Positions 51,459-62,927 of a stretch of DNA of 64,000 nucleotides are shown one piece after another. Source of the DNA: Podarcis melisellensis. Its lineage: Eukaryota. The number at the start of each line of letters is the position of its first letter. Within the stretch, counting starts at the first letter, position 1. The translations under genes and the position numbers were made by a program. The stretch lies in assembly GCA_964234715.1 (NCBI GenBank), contig OZ174284.1. The stretch is one strand, 5' to 3'. The notes beneath the pieces were generated by a model, which did no database searches, had not been told where the DNA came from, and was given only the letters and a program-made list of their open reading frames with translations.

Positions 51459-51692
51459 CAGTTGTATCTTGGAAGTTGAATGGAATCCATTCTAGAAGTC
51501 TGTTCAACTTCCAAAACCAAAGTGCAGCTTCTGATTGGCTACAGGAAGCTCCTGCAGCCAATCAGAAGCTGCGGAAGCCCTGTTGGACATTTGGGTTCCA
51601 AAAGAACATTCAAAATAATCACTTCCAGGTTTGTGGCATTCGGAAGCCAAAACATCTGAGTTCCAGGGTGTTTGGGATCCAAGGTACAACTG
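51459..51692 (+). mobile_element. Tc1/mariner-type MITE with internal CCAAT palindrome
   Basis: TA|CAGTTGTATCTTGGA...TCCAAGGTACAACTG|TA; internal 23-bp-arm hairpin at 51524-51572. Confidence 0.88.
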
Positions 51693-52300
51693 TATTACTA
51701 TTGCAAAAAAAGTTGACAGTAAGACGCATGAGACCCAAAGATGTTACTTTATTACTATAAATGTCTCCCTTTTGTTTAAGCACTAGGTACAGGTACATCT
51801 ACAGCTTACAGTGGATTATTATAGGGTTCCATATGTCTGGATTTCATGGACACCACGTTGTTTTGGCATTTTTGTAACCAGCTCCTGGTTTTTGAAATAT
51901 GGTAACCCTAGATTATTGCAGCACTAAAATAACTTTAAAACAGATAAACCCACTGTACAAATGCATGCACACATATGTGCACTGGATGCTAACACTGGAA
52001 ACAAACCCAAATTCCATACATTTGGCTGCAGTTAGTCTTCTGCATATGATACCGTATGCGATATGTAATAAATATGAAACACCCCTTCCCCCCTTTTCAC
52101 TGGATATTGATAATCAGCCTATAAGCGTGATGTATTCAAATCAGCATGCATAATGGCATCATATGATCACTTAAGCTTGGCATCAGATGTTCCAAAACTC
52201 AAGAATTCACTCAAGAGCTGGAGAAGGGTGTCCTGTATTATGCATCACCAGGCAAAAAAGTCAAGTCAGGGAACTGAAGCAAGGGCGACTGCTGAACCAT

Positions 52301-52303
<3 letters not shown>

Positions 52304-52346
<43 letters not shown>
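52304..52346. repeat. (AAT)n microsatellite (expanded retroposon tail)
   Basis: About 14 AAT units abutting the retroposon 3' end. Confidence 0.95.
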
Positions 52347-52347
<1 letters not shown>

Positions 52348-54254
52348 TTATTTGTACCCCGCCCATCTGGGTAAGGTGAATCCAGAGAGAAGTGGGGAAG
52401 TATAAATTTCTATTTGAGCCGTGTTTGACTCTCTGCATTTTAGTCTGAACATCTCTCTTGTGAACATCTGTCAGACCTGCCCCTCCATCTCTGATCAACT
52501 CTGTTTTATAATCAATTATACCTCCCCTTTCTTCCAGTGCAGGATTACTCAGCCATAAGCCTGGCATTGGCATCAAATGCTGATAACCATGTTTTCCACC
52601 TGCTACAGAGTCCTTGGAACTGACTCCTTACATGCCAAGAGACCAGTACTGCCTCTACACTCCTTGATACTGTTGGCTACACAACTGCCTTTTTTTGCCC
52701 TGGTTTGCTAGTGCTTAAAAATAATTATTCCAATATCACTTAGAGACATCCAAAAAAATTCTGGTGACTGGATATATTTTACTATTACACAATGAAACTG
52801 AAAATTAATTTGCTGTACAAGCTAAGGATAAAAACAACATGCATTCAACCCAATATCAAGACCTCCTGATCGTTGACCCAAGGTGAAATATTTTCCCCCA
52901 CCTCCATAATAACAGTTCTGAAGCCCCTGGTATACCAGAAGGCCTCTGCCTAGGCTTACTACTAGGGGATGCTCTGAAAGGACCTTGCAGTGTGTTCCTG
53001 AGCCACCCCTGGCAGAGAAGCCCAGGCAAAGTCAAAGGGGGAGGCTGAATCCACCCCTCAGGCTTCAAAGACATTGGGACCCAGGCAGTTAGTCAGTGAG
53101 CGCGTGCACACTTGGGAGTGCAGTGTTGCTGTGTAATTATTGAGTCAAAGGCTCATTGTAGCTAACAAAACTCAAGAGCAAAGGCTCTTACGGCAGACTC
53201 AAGCACCAGAAGCTGGTGATGGCATGGTTTGGGAGTCCAGGCTATATCAGGCTTCAGTTGGAGTCTGCTGCTTGTTGAAGACAATCCACCATCCAGCTCC
53301 TTACTTCTGAACCTGACTCCTTTGCCTCCCCCTGCTTCCTTCTTAGAGCTCATCAGTTGCTGAACCCAAGCTTACCAATGCTGCCCTGGATTACTTTTGC
53401 CTAACCCTAACCCTTCTGACCTTGGTTTGATCCTGGCACAGCTTTCCGGACTCCCCTTGCTAAGGTCTGGTGATACCATGGCTGGGCTTTATTGTGCAAT
53501 CTGCCTCCATCTAACCCACTGACCCAGCTGGAGTATGAGTCTGACCAAAGGGTTTGGAGCTTAGCACCGATAGCCCTGAATATAAACCACTGGAATTTTG
53601 CTTCCAATGATGGATATTGGAGTCCAAACCAAGAATAATGGGAGACACCTTCATGCCAGCACCCGAAATTGCTGCTGGCGCTGAACACCTAAAGTGATGA
53701 GAAGGAAATGCCTGAACTAAACCCCTTCTCAGCACAACATCCTTCTCCTGTACTCACCAGGTGATCAAGCCATGACTGCTGAACATTTCTTAGGCCATGC
53801 ATATGCCATACAAGAACATGTGCAGGCACTTACGGGTGTGGCATATATCTCTGACATACATAGCAACTGTTTCTGTAGGGGTCGTAAGAATACAACTGCA
53901 CGCTGAATCTCTCTCGTATCAAAGCAAGAGCATTTAGTAGCCGGTTCGCAAATGAACATATGCCCAGGGAATAGCAAGAACGTGGCTGGAACATGTTTCC
54001 TCCTTTATCTTGAGCAGAACCCATTGTGAATGCAGAAGTCAATTCAGGTTGAGACCCATTGGTTACATTTACTGGCAAGATGAAGGAGAGGACTTTCTGT
54101 CAGCGCCTTTAGAAGTATATATAAATTTTAGCATTTATGCAGTGCTTTGTGAAGTGCCTTGGCTATTCAAACCAATCATCCTATTATATCTATTACAACA
54201 GGCATAGAAATGTATTATATGCAACCATTTAAGGCAGCCATTATTAAGCCCATA

Positions 54255-54347
54255 CTTCCCCAAGGTGGCTCAGTGAGAACAGCAGAGGTGAGGTTTGAAC
54301 CAGGGATTCCCTAGCTCACAGTTCAGCCTCTTAGCCCCTACGCTACA
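54255..54347 (-). mobile_element. Old CORE/MIR-like SINE fragment
   Basis: Minus strand TGTAGCGTAG..CTAAGAG A-box-like, GGTTCAAACC B-box, CACCTTGGG core. Confidence 0.5.
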
Positions 54348-57300
54348 GTGACTCTTGAGCACTCTGGCAGCCCTGTGAGGAAGTACTGAAGAAACACCAG
54401 TCACAGAGGAGTATAAAAAGAACTAACACTACAAAGCCACGTGTGTCTTTTTCTGCACACAACACTGCATTTTATTTAAAGGGATACTGCCAAGTAGTGA
54501 AGTTTTCTGCTGGGGATTAAAAAAGAAATAAAGAAATCAAGACAGATTAAAATAATAATGATCTTCCATTTGGAATTGTGAATTATTACCTCTATCTGGG
54601 CTGGAGTTGAAACTAGCAAAAAAAAAAAAAAAAATGCCTTTAAAACCCCAAAAGTGTAGGGGAGAAGTAACCATGGCTAATATTGCATACATTTATCCAA
54701 ACAGGAAATGTAGGGAACCAAAGTATATAATCGTGAGAAGCAAATGAGATTTATTAATTTACTTATGCTAGTTCTTTATGACAGAAAGTGAGGTTAGTTA
54801 ATGTGAAAAACGACAGTGTCCCTTTAAATGACTCCGATGACTACTTTTTAAAGCCACTGTTAGCAAAAATGACAAGACTGCTGCCTTCAAGAGGGAATTA
54901 GGAAGGGAAGGGGGGGGGAGGAGGAGAAGGAAGTGTGGGAGCTGCATCAGCTAGGAGCAGGACCTGTTAGGTGTAACTTTGCATTAACCCTTTTACAGCT
55001 CTGTCTGTGGGCACACAATGCCCCCTAGCGGCACACTCGGAAAGAAACCCCACATAGGCAGAGCACTGGCCTCCAGAGAGGAGCCAGCAACTCTTTCTAG
55101 CAGGGATGTGTCATTTTGCTTTGAGCCAGGGCTGGAGAGCCAACAGCATTTGCTCCACCTACTGATTGACTCCAGGTGAGTGGAGGCATGGAGAAAGGAC
55201 CTGAATCTTTCTGTTATCTCCCACAACATGTTAAAACAAGAAACAGTTTGGTGGCCAAGCACCTCAGGCACTTAACTCTCCAAACTGACCTCTGTATTTG
55301 GCTGCTAAAGTATGGAGGGAGAAAACTGGCAGAGCATTTTGCTGCTCACAAAGGGGAAGAAAGGGTCTATGTCTCCTTTGCACGGAGGAAAGGTGCAAAA
55401 TAATGAAAGGGGGACCCTTTGAGATTTGGGACTATGATAGGGTCAAGTTAGGGAATTCCTGGGGGCCTATAACTTCCTGGGCTACCACATACCTATTTCT
55501 AAACTATGAGGATTGAAACCACAAAACACTGTTGATCTCCTTAACCTGCAAACTGCCAGTCTGAAGAACACGGGTAGCTTGCTTGATTTTTATGGAAGTG
55601 ACGCAGCAATAGTTCAAAAACATTAGTGATATACAAAAGTCACCTTGAGGAGACTTGGCAATACATCCTTCTGCCACCAACTCCCAAGGAGTAAGGACCA
55701 GAATTTAAGACACCTTGGAAAACAGCTGTAGTACCAAAGATGTGTTGAATCAGTCCTGCATGACTGGTAACCCACCATGTCAAAATGTAGCCCACCAGGG
55801 TTTCAAGCAACACCTGATGTTTTGTTTTGCCCTGGACTGCAAAAACAGGAAGGCTATCAAGTACCTGCAATGTCATAATACATGACCAGTGAGCTTGATG
55901 GGACACAATTTGTGCTGGCCTGTGTTAAAGTTGTAATACTACTGCAGAGTGGGGGGTGTTATTCATAAAAAAGTCACTATACATGGGGGTGGGGGGTAGA
56001 AAGACAAAAAAAGAGAAAAGAATAGGAACTATATCATGTTGGGGTGATCTTTGAGGATGAACTTTACACAAGGAAAGAGAAAGAGCCTGTGAATACCATC
56101 TGAGGGCTTGTTCAAACTCTTTTTTAATTTCAGAAATGACAGGGCATGTGTAACATTTGTGTGCTCTCCTGGCCACCCATCCATTTGCAGGAACTCTAGC
56201 ACTCACAGTTTGGCAGTGCGGATTAAGTGTGATAATCTGTACAATTTTCCCTACAGTAACAGGCAACAGTATTTAAAGAAGCATAGCAGTTAAAAAGAAA
56301 ATATAGTCCTTATAAAGTGTAACAAAGTGTGTTGAGGGGGCAGCTGTCACTGCTTTGAGGGTGGGGTACAATCCTTGAGGGAGAATAAAGTATATAAGTG
56401 CTAGATTATCTTTGGGAAGAAAAATCTAATCAATAGTTTGGATTTACTTATCAACAAAATGCACAGCACAACTAAGTTTAGGGGCTAAACTGGAGGTGGC
56501 TAATCTATGGCCCTCAATCAGTCCCAGCCAGCATGGCCAATAGTCAGGGCTAATGAGAGCTGTAGTTCAATAACATCTCAAAGCTACCCCTGGTTAAATG
56601 ATGAAGTTTGAAAAGAGGCCATGATCCAGAGAGCTCCTTTAGCTAAAGTCTTGTACATGTACCCCAGAGGTCCCTCTGTTTTTCATTACAGCACCACCGC
56701 CTGAAACTACATTCAAGCTACAACTACTTTTCACAGCAAACACTGACCACTGGCAAGAGCAGCAATCCCATGTCTCTCTTTCTCCTCTTCCTGGATGCCC
56801 TGTAATGCTTAGAAATTATAAACATGCAACATATAATATTGCACTTCCTTGTCCCCCTCCATTTCATTGGCTGCCACAAGATTGCAATAATGTGGCACTA
56901 CACATTTTTAAATGCCAGAGGGATAGTCAAATTAGTACACTGCGGCAAAAACATAGTCTTGCGCCACCTTAAATACTAACACATTTTTATGGCATAACCT
57001 TTCATGGACTGAAATTCTTAAATGTCACCAATGGAGAGAGGAGGAGGAGATGACTCAGGGTTTTTTACCTCCATGATTCAGAAATAGTTTCTCCAGTATT
57101 ATTGCGTTGGAGGAAAAAGAAGGCACCCAGCTTAGAAGAGAGTCCCCTGTGCATGCACAGAACTCAGCACATGACACTTTGGATCAGGCCTCCAGTGAAT
57201 CCCAGAATAAAAAAGGAAAAAAATCAAAATGTGTACAAAAGACAATTTGTTGCCAACAAATTTTGAGTATTAAACTTCTTTCTCAGGAAAGGTTATTTTA

Positions 57301-57836
57301 AGTTGTTGCAGAGGTTTATCCTGGTGGAAAAAAGAGTAAAAAAATCAACCCTTGAGAAGGGGTTTAATATTCAAAAAGTGATGAGAAATAAATTCTCTGA
57401 ACTTCTGCACATCTCTTCCACTTTTGTTCCTGGTTTTTTTTCCTACAGGAAACCACAATGGAAACCATTCCCCCTGCCCATCACTGGGGTGTTTTGCAAA
57501 AAGCCTAGACTTCATGTGACATTGCCCAATTGTGCACCTGACTGTTAACTAGACAGCTGGTGGTGCGAGCCCACCCTGGGAAGGCTGTGAGCAGGATTCC
57601 TGCCAACTCTGCAGTTGTGAGATTCTACGTTTCCAAAACACTGCTCATTAAGGACTGCTAGTTCTCCTCCGAGCTGGAAAAGGGGTTGTGCCCTAGCCAA
57701 TCAATTAGGTGCAAGACTGGTTTCTTCTCATTGCTTGTGAGGAGCCAGGGATGGAAAGAAGTAGGTGGAGGGAGAGGGTGGCGGGAGCAGGTGTCAGCAG
57801 GGTTAGTGCCAGCAAAGAGGTTTCTGCCATACATAC

Positions 57837-57887
57837 CACCCAGGTGCAAGTCGATGAGGTCACTGTAATAAGACTCTCCCCAATAGT
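57837..57887 (-). CDS. MICAL3: MICAL3 alternative cassette exon (51 nt, phase 1-1)
   Basis: ccttgttgtAG|ACTAT...GGGTG|GTATGT; (D)YWGESYYSDLIDLHLG; frame-preserving; resembles an insert I recall from vertebrate MICAL3 isoforms (not verified). Confidence 0.82.
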
Positions 57888-59321
57888 CTACAACAAGGAA
57901 TCGGTGAAGAGAGAGAGTTATTGGTTCAAGTACCCACCCCTGCTAGCCCTCCCCACTCCCTGCCCAGGATTCAAAGCACTCTGTAAGAGAAATTGCATAC
58001 ATAAGAGAAGCAAGACAGGGAAAGAGAGAGACAGAAACAGAAGAAACAAGAAACCATGCAACTCTATAATAAATATATACACATACATATATACGGTATA
58101 TACTGTAAAGACACGGGGAGGATAAAGTATTCCCTGGTAAATAGGCAGGGAGGACAGGCAGGCATGGATTTCCAGGCAGAGAAGGAGAGCAGGCTGGATT
58201 CTGTATGAGGATTTCTCACCTATACTGGTTTGTTTCAAGATGAGACACTGCACTGTTATTTTGGGGGACATTAAGGAAGGATCCACAAACATTCTCCAGT
58301 AGGGAGGGAATTCGGGGAACGATACATCTCCATTCAAGAAAGCAGGGAAAGGAGTTGGGCTGGGTTTTCTCATTCCATCCTTCTTTTTATTCAGCTACAT
58401 TGTTTTGTGTCGGCTAAGCAACCAGAAATGTACTAGGGTCTTCACTCTTGCAGCTTCTTTTTGGTAAGTTTTTTCACCTCCGGGGTAAATCCATAAACAA
58501 GCCCAATGGAATCTGGGATCTTGCATGTAAGATTGGTCTTGGGAAGGCTAAGGGCATAGCCAATTCTTTGGTAACTTTTCTCACACATCTACATTCCTGC
58601 AATCACTTTCCATAAATGGCAGATACTGTTTTATAGGATGTTGTGAAAAGTAGGAAACATGAAATGGCCACATGGGCCGGGGGTGTGTGGATTTGGGCAA
58701 GGAACTCAACACCATATAGCTAGGAAAAACTAAGCAGTTGCCATGCCCCTTCTGCAGAATGTAAGGGTTCTTCCCCTAAAATAACTATGTTCTACAAAGA
58801 GTCTCCATTCTGACCCAAACGAAAACCCCTCCAGTTTAAATAGGGCATCCAGTATGCCTAATAATCATGTCAATGTCTGCTGGGAGTATATAACATTTGG
58901 AAATCTTTATACATTCTGGTAAACTCTGAAGAGCCTTATTAAAGCATATGATGTATGCAACAGACTTTAGGGTCACTTAACTCAAGAGAACAAAAATATG
59001 TATGGAAGACTTAAATCCTCTGAACTGCTCATCATAAAGGGTTTCCTTGTGTTTCCAGGATGACACTTTTCAAATTAATTTATTTCTAATCAGAAATAAA
59101 ATGTCAATTGTTACTTTAGTTTCAACCCCTAAGAAGGAAGCACCATGACAGACTCAAGAAAATTGGTGTCAGAGTTGGTTCAATGCTCAAAAATTTCACT
59201 TGGGTCAAGTGTTATGCAAGCTGAACCAGTTGGCCTCAGGTGCCAGGTATTTTGGGGAACACCATTAAAGGCCACCGAACTATAATTAATTATTATTACT
59301 ACCAAGTAGTAAAGGGCACCA

Positions 59322-59572
59322 CAGTCGTACCTTGGATCCTGAATGCCCTGGAACTCAGATGTTTTGGCTCCCGAATGCCGCAAACTCAGAAGTGATTGTT
59401 CTGGTTTGCGAACGTTCTTTTGGAATCCAAACATCTGATGGGGCTTCCACAGCTTCTGATTGGCTGCAGGAGCTTCCTGCAGCCAATCAGCAGCTGCAAG
59501 TTGGTTTCCAAATGTTTTGGAAGTCGTACAGACTTCTGGAACAGATTCCATTCGACTTCCAAGGTATGACTG
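59322..59572 (-). mobile_element. Same MITE family as 51459-51692, opposite orientation
   Basis: Reverse complement aligns along the whole length to the 51.5 kb copy. Confidence 0.88.
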
Positions 59573-61958
59573 TACTTGGATTTTCTGCCTGGAATACCAA
59601 AGTGCATTGGGCTGTTTATGGAATGCACAAAGTATGTTCCCTTGACACATCGCACAATAAGATGAACTTCAGTTTTCAATATATAAAGTAGCATAGAAAG
59701 TGTACAAAAGTGCTCCAGGCAGAAAATCACTTCCTAGGTAAACACAATGTCAAGGGCATTGTGTGCTGTGTGTTTATTACAACATGATAAGCACATACCA
59801 TGTCTGTTTCACCACAAGTGCACATAGTAGGAGAGCTTTTGTGTATTTGTCCCATGTTAAAGTGTGCATGCAATGCTCCTAACAATAGAAGCAGTATCAA
59901 TGTAGAATAAGTCTTGCGTGATATGGACACAAAATTCTAATTAACTCATACACAAGGAAGCTGTTTTAACAATAAAGAATGGGTAGTTTGGGGAAGGTGT
60001 TCTCTTCCCATCTGCATTACCAAAGCAGAAGCTCCTTTTCCAGCAAACCTGTTACTAGCCATTAAGAGAATAAGGCTTTGTAACTGTAGTCTGCAAGGCA
60101 TATCAGTTTGGCCAATACTATGTACACTGCATAAGGCAGTCAAGGTTGTTTGGACAGTATACAGAAATAGGTTACTGCTGATATTAAAGGTGTGTAAGGA
60201 AAAATAGGTTTTAAGGCACATGAAAATCTAAAAAATTAATAATTCTCTCATCTCATGAAACAAGAGCATGCCCCATTAACAGTCCATTTTTCATGGGATT
60301 ACTGAATATGGACATCTTTCAGCTATAAGTCCTGAATTCAAAAGGCAATCATTAATACTCATAGGCACACCTGTGAGGCCCCAAAATAAGCCAACCTTTT
60401 CATTTGTCTCTCCCTCTCCATTTCCCCATCACATTTTAGATATCTAAAGCCATCTCTAATAATTTTCTGCTTGCCAAAGCACCACCACTGCCCATGAAGT
60501 GTGGCAAGTAAAGCCCTCAGTTGTTTGCAAAGCTCCTCGAATTCTGATGACACCACCTATAAGGATGCTGGGGGACAATGAAATGAATGTCAGGTGACAA
60601 AAAAAGAGAGTTTGAGATGGCTGTAGACTGTTGAATGTAGAGGTGCATAATTCTTTCTATTCTTTTAAAACTATATACCTGCATTCATTTTATGAAGCAA
60701 TTTAAACAACAGTATTTAAATAGTTGTAAAAGTATTCCAGGGATTAAGTTCGAGTGAGTACATGATTTGGCCCCAGCTGATGCTGTGAGCTACCACTAGC
60801 AAAAAGCTGCACTCTGCAGTCCTACCAAAACATATTCTCTATAGATTCTCTCCCTTTCAAGTTGGAGGCAATCAAATTCTCTCTGATGCAACAAGAATGA
60901 CTCTGAAAGCCTGAAAAAAGCATTTTCAACCAGATTCAACTGCAGGATAAAATAAGTAAGTTTGGGCAGCTAGTGGTGATGGCACTATCAAAATGTACTC
61001 ATTAACTCAAAAATGTTAATATCTGTATGTAGCTTTAGGGAAGACTGCCTTTGAAAATAAGGAGAAGGTATGATGCTCAGTTTGTGATTGTGGTGCACTA
61101 GATGTTGCTGGTTTCAATCTTAAAGAGATTGAGTCCCACACAGTTCCCTCCCTGGGGCTCCCTTGCAGGTGCCAAGATCACTGTAGGCCACTCTCTGCAA
61201 AGTAATTTTCAACTATAAGGATACATGAGACTTCCCGAGGGCTAATCCACAATTATGGAATTCCTAACCTTTTAAGTTTTGCCAAAACCTGGGTATCTAA
61301 CACAGGTAGGGAAAGCCTCCTGTAACTGGGGTGGCATATGGTGGTCAAGGACAGCAAATAGGGGATTAAAATTTAATTCATTCCTGTGTTGCCTTTGATA
61401 TTGTTAAATCTGTCTCAAATAGGCTGTTATTTACCAGGAGATTTCAGAACAGGGCAGGATATACATCGTAATAAAAAGAAATACATCGTAATAATTAAGT
61501 GTAATGTTCAGGTAGTATCTGTTCTTAGTGCACTGATTGTCCGGTCACTGATAATCCTACCGCATTCCTATTGGAAATTTCAGTGTGTCAATCCAAGCTT
61601 CAAACAAAGCAGAAAAACAATTCTTCCAGGCTGTTTTGAGGAAAGTCAATTTAGTTACATTTCCCTCCCAAATTTAAGGTCAGTATAACAAAAGGTTATA
61701 TATTCTCAAAATTAAGTTAAATTCATTTTCACCAAGTAGGTTGCCTCTTACACCTCTGGTAAATGGATCATGTGAAATAACCTGGGCTTTTGTGTATTTG
61801 CCTCTACTTGTTTCTCAAGGAAGGAGTGGCAGAATATGAGGAAATCATCATCTAACTATGTTCTCTCCCACGGGTGAACTAGACATTATGGCAGACACAG
61901 GGCTACAGGTAAAACAGTATTCTCATTACTATTTCTCGTAAGGTCTAGTGAAACTCAC

Positions 61959-61988
61959 CATGCAATGTCTTGCAGTGAATTCTCTCAC
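61959..61988 (-). CDS. MICAL3: Candidate MICAL3 30-nt microexon / recursive-splicing exon
   Basis: Branch-like CTTGAC, pyrimidine tract, TGCcgAG|GTGAGA...CATG|GTGAGT; phase 1-1, open: (G)ERIHCKTLH; the GAG acceptor is atypical. Confidence 0.4.
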
Positions 61989-62833
61989 CTCGGCACCCAA
62001 TGAAGAAGGATGGAGGCAGGGAAAGTCAAGAGTGACGACATCACGTTGCATAGCAATTTTCACTGGGCATTAAGAAGGGTGTGTGGGCAGAAGACTACAT
62101 GCAGAGTTTGGGGTTTTCAGTAGCAGTCCTGTGTGTGCAGTAACATTTAGTTCTGCTCTTAATGTCTTTCATCTATGTTAATTCCAAGTACCATTCATTA
62201 GACCAGGCCATCAAGTGTAGAGGTTCATTCCATTAACAGCAGATGACGATGACAACAACTGTTTCACATGTTGTATTGAATTTCTGTTTCACACGCCTTG
62301 AAGCTGTGCATGATTTTGCAGAGAGCATGTGGTACTTGCTGGGGCTGTTCTGTGATGGTCCCTTATGAGGGTGCTAATGCTGATTCAAGGCACAGTGAAT
62401 TAAAAAACACAAATTTATATCAATTACTTTCTTCTCTTTTTCATCTTGCTGGGCAAAGTGAAAGCTTCCTTGCCACAACCAAGTTTTATTTCCTAAAGGA
62501 AAGCTAGGCAGATGGCTAACTTATATGCATTACCACCTTTTTGCAATAATTGGACAAAACTTTGTCCTGAAGAGGTGAAACGTATTTTCAGAGCAAATGA
62601 AACCCGGCTAAGGGAACTTGCCATTTAGGTAGCTTCACAGGCAGAGAAGCCCAAGATCTGATAGAGAAGGGAAATGGTGAATTTTAATTCATTTGTTTAA
62701 AAAGATAATTTAATAAAAGAACTTGCAGCTTAGGGAGGGACCAGTCTGTAAAGCTAGCACACAGGTTGTTATGAACCTTTGCATAAAAATGTAGTAAGAA
62801 AAGAAAAACACAAAATGGAAGACTGGAAGGTAC

Positions 62834-62927
62834 CTGCTTCTCCCCTAAGAGCCTTCTCAACAGCGACTCCCCTCTCCTCCAGCTGCCTTTGCTTCTCTTC
62901 TACTTGCTCCAGCTGTCGTTGGATAAT
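62834..62927 (-). CDS. MICAL3: MICAL3 coding exon (94 nt, first part of bMERB)
   Basis: ttttcccatAG|ATTATC...GCAG|GTacct; IIQRQLEQVEEKQRQLEERGVAVEKALRGEA; joins in phase 1 to 44893. Confidence 0.96.

Noticed and set aside
53752-53800. Strong minus-strand donor CTG|GTGAGT in the MICAL3 intron
   Set aside because: No credible acceptor upstream, and the phase-1 frame has a stop
59180-59730. ORFs of 114-156 aa sharing the peptide SDWLQE with ORFs at 51.5 kb
   Set aside because: The shared peptides come from the palindromic MITE, not a gene family
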